NCBI GenBank assembly: GCA_963834375.1
Contig: CAWIBM010000005.1
Coordinates: forward strand, 388,903 to 452,902
DNA length: 64,000 nucleotides
Direction: 5' to 3'
From: an uncultured Acidimicrobiia bacterium
GTDB taxonomy: Bacteria > Actinomycetota > Acidimicrobiia > Spongiisociales > UBA5794
Below are positions 54,852-64,000 of this stretch, in pieces (position 1 is the stretch's first letter; each line of letters starts with the position of its first letter). The notes below the pieces were generated by a model. That model saw only the letters and a list, made by a program, of their open reading frames with translations. It made no database searches and was not told where the DNA came from. The position numbers and the translations under genes were made by a program.

Positions 54852-57800
54852 GTGAGAAGGATTGCCGTCCTGGTTGTCGCGCTGGCGACGATGCTGTCGC
54901 CTGGCTTTGCCGCGTCGGCGGCGCCTACGGTCCCGCCCGATTCGCTCGCCGCCGATCGCCGGGGCGAAGTCGGCCGCCGTCCACATCGTGCTGCTCGGCG
55001 ACCCCCCCGGTGGCCTCCGCGGACGGCATCGGCCTGAACCCGGCTCCCGCCTCGATGCCTCGGACCCGGCCGCCGTGGCGTATGCCAGGACCCTCCGACG
55101 CAGGCAGATGGCGGTCCTCGACGCGGGCCGGGGTTCCCGAGGAGGCCGTCATCCACCAGTACGCCACGGTCCTCAACGGGTTCGCCGCCAGGCTCACGCC
55201 CGCCGAGGCTGCGGCGATCAACGCCACCCCGGGAGTGGTCGCCGTCATCCCCGACCAGGTGAGGACGGCCGGTGACCGACTCGACGCCGGGCTACCTCGA
55301 GCTCGACAACGCACAGGGGGCATGGGCCACCGGCTACACCGGCGAGGACGTCGTCATCGGGGTCGATCGACACCGGGATCTGGCCGGAGCACCCCAGCTT
55401 CGACCCGGCGGAATTACCGCGGCGGCCGGCCGGCTTCACTCCGAGCGGGTGCGAGTTCGGCGCCGCGGGACTTCAACCCCGACGATGCCGGTTTCGAGCT
55501 GCGGCGGCAAGCTGGTGACCGCTCGGGCGTTCGGCGCCGCCCTCCACGGCGGGACCGGAAACGGGTTGGCCGGCGGTGAGTTCCTCTCCGCCCGGGATTC
55601 CGACGGCCACGGCACCCACGTGGCCGCGGTTGCCGCCGGCAACGGGGACGTGCGGGCCTCGGTGCTCGGCGCCGAATGGGGCCGGGTATCCGGCATCGCC
55701 CCCCGGGCCCGACTGGCCGTGTACAAGGCGTGCTGGTCGACTGGAGAGCGGGAGTGCCTGCTCCACCGCCGACCTGGTGGCGGCCATCGACCAGGCGGTG
55801 GCCGACGGGGTCGATGTCATCAACTACTCCGTCGGGTCCGGGTCTTCGGTCTTCGGCGCCGACGAGCTCGCCTTCCTCCACGCCGCCGCCGCCGGCGTCA
55901 TGGTGGCCACCGCCGCCGGGAACGGTGGCCCGGAGGCGTCGACGATCGCCTCCCCGGCGACCGCCCCGTGGGTGACCACGGTGGGCGCCGCCACCCACGG
56001 CCGAGGCTTCCAGGGACTGGTCACGCTGGGCGACGGCACCGAGTTGAGTCGGGGTCAGCATCGCCGGCGGCACCGGCCCGGCCCCGCTGGTCTCCGCCGA
56101 GGACGCCGGCAACCCGACCTGCGACCCGGCGGTCGTCCTTCACAGTCGACTGTCCGGCGGCCGTCGTCGTGTGCACCCGCGGTGGGGGGTTGGCCCGGGT
56201 CGACAAGAGCCGGGCCGTCGCCGAGCAGGGCGGCGTCGCCGTCGTCCTGGTCAACGCCGGCGACGACGAGTCGCTCGACCCCGACAACCACCACCTGCCG
56301 ACGGTCCATCTCCCGGCCGGGGCCGCCGAGGCCATCACCGCCTACCTGAGCGCTGCCGAGGAGGCCGGGGAGACGCCCACCGCCCAGTTGAGCGGTGGCG
56401 TGCCCGTGGCCGGCGACGGCGGCGTGCTCGCCGAGTTCTCCGCCAGGGGCCCCAACAGCCTCAGCCCCGACATCGTCAAGCCCGACCTGGTGGCACCGGG
56501 TGTCGACATCCTGGCCGCCGTCGAGTCCCGCCCCGCTGGCGGGGCCGGCGGACCAGCTGTTCCGGGTGATCAGCGGCACGTCGGCCGCCAGCCCGCACGT
56601 TGCCGGGGTGTTCGCCCTGCTCGCCCAGGCCCATCCGGACTGGTCCCCGGCGATGGTGAAGTCGGCACTGGTCACCGGGGCGAGACGCGACGTCTACGCC
56701 GCCGACGGGAGCACGCCGGCCGAGGCGTTCGAGATGGGCGCCGGCTACCTGTGGCCCGGCCCCCAGGTCTACCAGCGGGGAAGCGCCTTCAACCCGGGCC
56801 TGGTGTACGACGCCGGCCCCGCTCGACTACATCGCCTTCTCCTGCGGGGCCGGGCTGGGCGGCGCTGTGGAAGCCGGGAACCTGCGAGGGGCTCGCCGAG
56901 CTGGGATATCCCGCGGACGCCAGCAACCTCAACCAGCCGGCCATCGCCGTCGCCGACCTGGCCCGCACCGAGACCGTCACCAGGACCGTGACCTCCGTGT
57001 CGGACAAGACCCGCGCCTTCACCGCCGAGATCCGCCAGCCGCCGGGGTTCACGGTCGAGGTATCGCCGCAGACCATCGCCCTCGACCCGGGCGAATCCGC
57101 CTCGTTCACCGTGACCATCACCCGTGACCGCGACGACGTCGGGGTGTGGCGATACGGCACCCTGACCTGGGGCACGGACGGCTACCGGGTGACGAGCCCG
57201 ATCGCCGTGCGCGGCGCCGACTTCTCCGCCGCCGAGTCGGTCTCCGGTGCCGGGACCTCGGGCAGCGCCACGCTCGGTGTCGGCTTCGGGTACGACGGGA
57301 CCTACCAAGCCGTGCCCAGCACGCTGGCGGCTCCGGTGACCACCGAGGGATCGGTGACCGACGCCGCCACCGACGTCAACGCAGCGCTGGCGTCCGGCGA
57401 CGGGGTGACACTGCACACCATCGAGGTCACCGACGCCACCGAGCTGGTACGGGTGGCGCTGGGCGGTGGACAGGGCGATCTCGATCTCTATGTGTTCGAC
57501 CCCGACGGTGCCTTCGTCGCCGGCAGCGGGTCGAGCGGGGCGTCCGAGGCGGTGCAGTTCACCCCGTCGGTGACCGGCGCCTACACAGTGGCGGTCCACG
57601 GCTTCGCCACCGGTGGGGAGGCCGTCGAATACGAAGTCACCACCTGGGTGGTCGACGAGGCCCCGGCCGCCGACGAGGCCGCAACGGAAGCCGCCAGGCT
57701 CGGCGTCAGCAGGGCACCCGAGGAGGCATCGGTCGCCGCTCCCGCCGAGGTGGAGGTGGCATGGGTCGACCTCGCCCCGGACACCACCTACCTCGGGGTC

Positions 57801-57923
57801 GTAACCCACATCGGCCCTGACGGCGTGCTGGGCCGTACCGTGGTCACGGTCGACACCGCAGCGGCCGCATCGGATAGCGGGACCCCGCCGGCGGTTCGCA
57901 CCGCCGACGACCGCAGCGGCTGA
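54852..57923 (+). CDS. Secreted subtilisin-like serine protease (S8) with propeptide, inserted PA-like region and C-terminal Fn3-like plus PPC-like domains; many frame switches
   Basis: Signal peptide (V)RRIAVLVVALATMLSPGFAASAAP. I9-like propeptide IHQYATVLNGFAARLTPAEAAAINATPGVVAVIPDQV. Catalytic Asp DTGIWPEHPSF (shifted frame), His DSDGHGTHVAAVAAG, Ser ISGTSAASPHVAGVFALLAQAHPDWSPAMVKSAL. C-terminus ...GDLDLYVFDPDGAFVAGSGSSGASEAVQF... Confidence 0.88.
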
Positions 57924-57969
57924 GCCGGCTCCCGGGCCGCCTCCGGCGGGCGGCACCGAAGACGCCGGT

Positions 57970-59051
57970 TCACGATCTCCGGTGGGCCACCAGCACGCGG
58001 AAATCGCCGAGGCCCCTGGGGTGGAGCAGGGTGGCGGCGTCGGTGTGCTCGGACCGGACCTGGAGGCGCCGCATCGGGTCGCCGCCGGCCGCCAGTTCCC
58101 GCTCCTCGGAGACCAGCCGGTCGATCTCGTCGCCGAGTCCCCAGCGCTCCAGGAACTCGGCCTGGGAGACCAGCTCGACCGCGGCGTGCGCCCGCTCGGC
58201 GGCGGCGACCGCGGCGGTGAAGTTCACGTCCATGGTGATGTCGGTGGCGCCGGGCTCGAGCAGCGGGTCGGGGCCGAGGTGGTGGCCGTGATAGGTACGC
58301 ACCGTCCCCTCCGCCCGGCGCGGCGCCAGCTCGGCGGCGGTGTCCCCGTAGTCGAAGGCCACCAAGGCGCCGCGGCGAAGGCGGCGTAGCACGCCGGTGA
58401 CCCAGCGGGATGCCTCCAGCTGCACCTCGACGACTCCGCCCTCGGGGACCGGCCCGGCGAACCGGTCGGCCCAGGTCACCACCTCGGGACGGGGGTGGGC
58501 GGCCACCAGGGCGAGCGCCCCGTCGACCAGCCCGACGTGGCGTTCCTCCCAGCCGTCGCCGGAGCGGACCGCCAGCGCCGCCGGCAGGTTGTCGAGCAAC
58601 TCGTTGGCGACGACGACCGCACTCCTCCCACCTGCCAAGGGCACCTCGTTGATGTGCTGGTGAACGGTCAACCCAGGGATCGCCCGTAGTGAGTCGCCGC
58701 GCCGCCGGCGACACCTCGACTGCGTGGGCCTCGACCGGGACCTCCAGGTCCGCCAGGGTGGCCAGCAGGGGGCGGAGCAGCGAACCGGACCCGGCCCCGG
58801 CGTCGACCACGGTGACCGGGTGGCGCCGGTCACCGGCCACGCCGGCCACGAACCGGGCGACGGTCCTCCCGAACCAGGGGCTCACCTCGGGCGAGGTGAG
58901 GAAGTCGCCGCCGGCCACCGACCGCAGCGGGCCGGTGGCGAAGTAGCCGTGCTCGACGTCGTACAGGGAGAACGCGCATGAACTCGTCGAACGGGATCGG
59001 CCCGGTGGCGGCGATGCGGGCGGACAGGGCGGCGACGAGCGGGGCGCTCAT
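57970..59051 (-). CDS. SAM-dependent methyltransferase of the MidA / NDUFAF7 (DUF185) family, frame-disrupted
   Basis: MSAPLVAALSARIAATGPIPFDEFM / GGDFLTSPEVSPWFGRTVARFVAG...VTVVDAGAGSGSLLRPLL / AVVVANELLDNLPAALAVRSGDGWEERHV...ALVAFDYGD...TDITMDVNFTAAVAAAE...GDFRVLVAHRRS*. Starts 26 nt after the nuoN stop on the same strand. Confidence 0.8.
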
Positions 59052-59077
59052 CACCAGTGTCCCCGGCATCCGCCCGA

Positions 59078-60602
59078 TCAGGGAGCGGCGGCGATGGTGC
59101 TCGCCAGCTCCCCGATGGCGGCGGCCACCGGGGGATAGAACCCGATGAGCACGACACCCACCGCGGTCAGGGCGAGGGCGAACCGCAGCGGGGGCGCCAC
59201 CGAGATACCCACCCGGCGGTACTCGCCGGCGGGGATGTGGGTCGGCACCGGGTCGAACCAGACCGCCTTGATCACCTTGGCGTAGTAGTAGAACGCCACC
59301 ACCGAGTTGACCGCGGCGATCACGGCCAGCGTCGATCGCCCAGCCGGAGTCGACCCCCATCACCGAGGTGAACATCACCAGCTTGGCGAACCACCCGGCG
59401 AGTGGTGGGATCCCGGCCAGCGAGGCGAAGAACAAGGCGAGCAGCGCCGCGAGCCCGGGGGCGTAGGTGCCCAGCCCGGCCCAGTCGGCGATGGCGGTGC
59501 TCTTCAACCTGTTGGCGCCGGCGATGACGACGGCGAAGGCCCCGAGGTTCATCACGGCGTAGATCACCAGGTAGGTGACCGTGGCGAAGAAGGCGGTCTG
59601 CAGCTGGTCGAGGCTGACGTCGGCGGCGACGGCAGCGCCGAACGGGACCAGGATGAACCCGCCTTGGGCGATCGACGAGTAGCCGAGCAGACGGACGATG
59701 TCGTCCTGGCGCAAGGCGATCAGGTTGCCGGCGGTCATCGACACCGCCGCCAGGATCCACAGCATCGGGCCCCAGATGTCGCGCAGGTGCACGAACGCCA
59801 GGTAGCACATCGCCAGGAGGCCGACGAAGCCGGCGGTCTTCGACACCACCGACAGGTAGGCGGTCACCGGGATGGGGGCCCCCTGGTACGTGTCCGGGGT
59901 CCAGTAGTGGAACGGCACCGCCGACACCTTGAAGGCGAAGCCGAGCAGGGTGAGGATCACCCCGACGGTGAGCAGCGGGCTGCTGGCGATCCCCTCGGTT
60001 GCCTGGCGGATCCCGGCGAAGGTCAGCTGACCGGTGAAGCCGTACACCAGGGTCATGCCGAACAGCATGAGGGCGGCGGACAGCACGCCGATGATGAAGA
60101 ACTTGAGCGCCGCCTCGTTGGAGCGAGGGTCCCCCTTGCGCCACCCGGCCATGAGGAACGTCGGCCCGGTCACCAGCTCGAGGCCGACGAAGAGGGTCAC
60201 CAGGTCGCGGCTCGACGCCATCACCACCGCCCCCAGACGCCGAGCACAGCATGAGGAAGTAGAACTCGCCCTGCCAGTAACGCTCCTGCTCCAGGTAGCC
60301 GACCGACAGCAGGACGGCGACGAAGGTGGCCGCCAGGAACACCCCCTTGAGGACCAGGGCGAAGGTGTCGACGGCATACGAGTCGCCCAGCATCAGCCGG
60401 TCGCCGGTCGAGGTGCAGAAGTCGAGCGACTCGCAGAAGCCGAGGGTGAGCACCGGCACGAAGGCGAGGAACAGGCCGACCAGCGCCACGACCGCGGTCC
60501 AGTACTTGGGGACGGGACAACAGGTCGACCACCAGCACCGCCACCAGGGCGGAGGCGAGGATGATCTCCGGGAGGAGGGCGTGGTAGTCGAGCGGCGGGC
60601 AC
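59078..60602 (-). CDS. nuoN: NADH-quinone oxidoreductase subunit N, frame-disrupted
   Basis: PPLDYHALLPEIILASALVAVLVVDL / ALVGLFLAFVPVLTLGF...YWQGEFYFLMLC / VMASSRDLVTLFVGLELVTGPTFLMAGWRKGDPRSNEAALKFFIIGVLSAALMLFGMTLVYGFTG...FKVSAVPFHYWTPDTYQGAPIPVTAYLS... / AAVNSVVAFYYYAKVIKAVWF... Confidence 0.9.
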
Positions 60603-60606
60603 CCGG

Positions 60607-62183
60607 TCAGCCTCCGAACACCGACTGCACCATGGTCGGCCACGGCATCGTTGGTGGCGCCGAACACGACGTTGGGGAACACCCCGATGGCGATGATGGT
60701 GACGACCAGCGGGACCCACGCCGCCATCTCCCAGCGGTCGACGTCGTGGAAGTCGTGAGCCGTCCCACTCGGCGCCCGGCTCGCCGAAATTGACCTTCTG
60801 CAGCATCCACAGGAAGTAGCCGGCGGCGAGCACGGTGCCGATGGCGCCGACCACCATCAGCGTGCGGAACAGCGACGTGCTCAGCCCTTCCAGCGGGTTG
60901 AACGAGCCGAGCAGCGACATGAACTCGCCCCAGAACCCGGCGAGCCCGGGCAGGCCGAGCGAGGCCATGCACGGTGAAGCCGAGGATGGCCCCCATGATC
61001 GGCATCAGCTTCTGGTTGCCGCCGAGGCGGGCCATCTCCCTGGTGTGGTAGCGGTGTGACATCGACCCGGCCAGGAAGAACAGCAGCCCGGTGATGACCC
61101 CGTGGGCCACCATCCCGATGATGGCGGCGTTGATCCCGATGTCGGTGAGGGTGGCGATCCCCAGCATCACGAACCCCATGTGGCCCACCGACGAGAAGGC
61201 GATGAGCCGTTTCATGTCGGTCTGGGCGAGACAGGCGAGCGAGGCGTAGATGATCCCGATGACCGCCAGGATCCCGATCAGCGGCGCCCAGTCCTGCGCC
61301 TCAGCGGGCAGGATCGGCAGCGAGATGCGGACGAAGCCGTAGGTGCCCAGCTTCAGCAGGATGGCCGCCAGCAGCACCGAACCGACGGTGGGGGCGGCGG
61401 TGTGGGCGTCGGGGAGCCAGGTGTGCAGCGGGAACATCGGCACCTTCACGGCGAACCCCAGGAACAGCGCGGCGAACACCCAGAAGGCGAACGTGCCGGT
61501 GAAGAGCCCGCTACGGGCGGTCAGCTCGACGATGTCGAAGGTGCGCTCCTCGCCACCGTCGCCCGAGCGGAAGTACAGCACCAGGAAGCCGAGCAGCATC
61601 AACGCCGACCCGAAGAAGGTGAACAGGAAGAACTTGATGGCGGCGTAGAGCCGCATCTCGGTCACCCGTCGGAAGACCGGGAGGGTCACCTCGTTGCGGT
61701 CGCCCCAGATGCCGATCATGAAGTACATCGGCAGCAGGACCACCTCGAAGAACACGAAGAAGAGGATGAGGTCGAGCGCCACGAAGGTGCCTGCCATCCC
61801 GGTGGCGAGCACCAGGATCAGGATGAGGAAGCGCCTTCGGGTTGTGCGGGGCGGGCCAGTGCTCCCACGAGTAGACGATGGCGAGGACGGTGATGAACGT
61901 GGACAGCACGAGCAGCGGCAGGCTGATCCCGTCGACCCCGATGTGGTAGTTGGAGTTGATCACCGCGATCCACTCGAGGTCGGTGCCGAACTGGTACTCG
62001 GCGGCGTTGGAGAAGTCGAAGGCGAAGATCAGCGCCACCGAGAGCACGAACGAGGCACCGGCGAAGGCCAGCGCCACCACCTTGTGGAGTCTGCTCGTTG
62101 GCCCTGGGGATCGCCAGCAGCACCCCGGCCCCCACCATCGGTAGGAAGACCACGGCGCTGAGACCCCATCCGTTCTCCAACAT
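60607..62183 (-). CDS. nuoM: NADH-quinone oxidoreductase subunit M, frame-disrupted
   Basis: MLENGWGLSAVVFLPMVGAGVLLAIP / ...GVDGISLPLLVLSTFITVLAIVYSWEHW / MLATGMAGTFVALDLILFFVFFEVVLLPMYFMIGIWG...KVPMFPLHTWLPDAHTAAPTVGSVLLAAILLKLGTYGFVRI...AFSSVGHMGFVMLG / ASLGLPGLAGFWGEFMSLLG... Confidence 0.92.
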
Positions 62184-62192
62184 GCGTCCCTC

Positions 62193-64000
62193 CTATAGGA
62201 AGATGACGAACCCCGCCACCAGGACAACCGTCCCGGCGACCGCCCCGACGGCGTACTGCTGGACCAACCCGGTCTGGGTCCGCCGCAGCAACCCTCCGCT
62301 CGCCCCGGTGACCGCCCCGGCGGCGTTGATCGCCCCGTCGACCCCTTCCTGGTCGAAGGCGTATACGTAACGGCCCGCCCACCGGGCGGCGATGCCGGCA
62401 CCGTTGATCACGAAGTCGATGACGTGCCCGTTGAACCAGTCGACGGCCGACGGCCACCGGCCCCCTCACGGGACGGATGATGCCGTCCATGTAGAAGTCG
62501 TCGATGTAGTACCGGTTCGCCAGCAACGGGTAGAGCACGGGGACGTTGAAACGGTCGCGTTCGCTGCTGGGTGTCGCGGTCCGGGTACCAGATCCGGTAG
62601 CCGAGGAAGATCCCGGTCAGCCCGGCCGCCGAGCCGAGGATCACCGCCACCCAGTCGAACCCGGTCGGCGTGGTGCTCCACCACCGGGTTGAACCTGGCG
62701 CCGACCAGGTCGGTGAAGAGCTCGGTGATCCCGGGGATGTTGATCCACCCGGCCACGATCGAGAACCCGGCCAGCGCCGCCAGCGGCAACCACATGATCC
62801 GCGGCGACTCGTGAGGATGGGCGTGGCCCCGGTAGGTGCCGAAGAACGTGAGGAACACGGCCCTGGCCATGTAGAGGGCGGTGATGAAGGCGCCGACCAC
62901 GGCGAGCACGAAGACGACGTTGGCCAGGGCGGCGCCGCCCTGGGCCGCGGTGAGCCCGGACTCTGCCGAACCGGCGTAGCGGAACGACGCCAGGATCTCG
63001 TCCTTGGCGAAGAACCCGGCGAGCGGGAAAGATCCCGATGAGCGCCAGCGACCCGATCGATGAACGTGCGGAACGTCCACGGCATGTCCTTGCGCAGACC
63101 GCCCATGTCGGACATGTTGTTGGAGTGGACGGCGTGGATCACCGACCCGGCGCCCAGGAAGAGCAGGGCCTTGAAGAAGGCGTGGGTGAACAGGAGGAAG
63201 AGCCCGGCGGTGTAGGCGCCTGCCCCCATCGCCGCCGTCATGTAGCCGAGCTGGGCGAGCGTCGAGTAGGCAAGCACCCGTTTGATGTCGTCCTGGACGA
63301 GGGCGATGAGCCCGGTGAGGAACAGGGTGAGCGCCCCGATGGTCAGAGATGATCCAGCGCACGTCGTCGGCGAAGCCCTCAGTGGCATAGAGCGGGTAGA
63401 CCCGGCCCACCAGGTAGACCCCGGCGGTGACCATGGTGGCGGCGTGCATCAGGGCCGACACCGGGGTGGGGCCGGCCATGGCGTCGGGCAGCCAGACGTG
63501 CAGCGGGAACTGGGCGGACTTCCCCATGGCGCCGATGAACGATCGCCAGCCCCGCCCAGAAGGCGTACCGGGCCAGGGTTGGAGCGCCGTCCTCGACCCC
63601 GTGGAGGATGTCGGTGAAGCGGAAGGACCCGACCGACACCGACAGGATGATCGCGCCGATGAACAACCCGACGTCGGCCACCTTGTTGGTGAGGAACGCC
63701 TTGATCGCCGCCGACGAGTTCTCGTGCTCCTCCCAGTAGTGGCCGATGAGCAGCCAGGACGCGACCCCGACCAGCTCCCAGCCCACGATGAGCTGGATGA
63801 GGTTGGGGGCCGACACCAGGACCAGCATTCCCCCGGCGAACAGCGTGAAGGAGGCGAAGAACCAGGTGAACCGGACGTCGCCCTCCATGTACCCCTTGGC
63901 GTAGAGGAACACGAGGAAGCCCACCACCCCGACCAGGAAGTACATCATGTTGACAGCCCGTCGACCATCCATCCCCACTCGATGGCGAACGACCCGATGC
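62193..64000 (-). CDS. nuoL: NADH-quinone oxidoreductase subunit L (5' end outside the window), frame-disrupted
   Basis: ...[73 protein letters not shown] / [46 protein letters not shown] / [60 protein letters not shown] / ...[24 protein letters not shown]. Confidence 0.92.

Noticed and set aside
52316-59051. A tRNA-adjacent genomic island or prophage next to the tRNA-Tyr/Thr/Met cluster
   Set aside because: There is no integrase, transposase or phage gene, and I saw no direct repeat of a tRNA 3' end. The content is housekeeping-like (htpX, a protease, a regulator).

Overview
This is a very GC-rich bacterial chromosome segment (third codon positions are almost all G/C). Gene order is actinobacterial in type; an Acidimicrobiia-like lineage is only my guess. 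The window is dominated by minus-strand translation, transcription and respiration genes. From right to left these are: nuoL-nuoM-nuoN plus a MidA-type methyltransferase; tRNA-Thr/tRNA-Met-tuf-rpmG; tRNA-Trp-secE-nusG-rplK-rplA; rplJ-rplL; rpoB-rpoC; rpsL-rpsG-fusA; the complete S10 and spc operons (rpsJ through rplO, then secY-adk-map); rpmJ-rpsM-rpsK-rpsD-rpoA-rplQ-truA; and rplM. Accessory islets sit between these blocks:
- 5.7-12.3 kb: two esterases, an ATP-grasp ligase and an ECF sigma module, all on the plus strand.
- 28.8-32.5 kb: AAA ATPase, sulfotransferase, M50 protease and GNAT.
- 45.2-50.2 kb: arfB, a MaoC double hotdog protein, a USP-like protein, a TPR-adenylate cyclase and a MerR/TipAS regulator.
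- 52.5-57.9 kb: DUF378, a CarH-type B12 photoreceptor regulator, htpX and an S8 protease.
I call 71 protein genes and 4 tRNAs. There is no rRNA, CRISPR array, transposase or integrase.
The key caveat is that about 44 of the 71 genes need one or more reading-frame corrections, including rpoB, rpoC, fusA and most ribosomal-protein genes. Where I could localise the lesion it is a 1-nt change in a short homopolymer, so I read these as consensus errors, not pseudogenes. The supplied ORF track is fragmented accordingly and also contains many GC-driven shadow ORFs.
I did not find a clear novel multi-gene system. The observations most worth a second look are:
- a structured REP-like repeat family at three loci;
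- long acidic repeat tails on uL10 and uS3, and an N-terminal one on NusG;
- a MidA/NDUFAF7-like methyltransferase docked behind nuoN;
- a CarH-type regulator facing a DUF378 gene, with a direct-repeat operator candidate;
- a broken spc/alpha operon junction that lacks infA;
- an ATP-grasp plus esterase cluster of unknown function.
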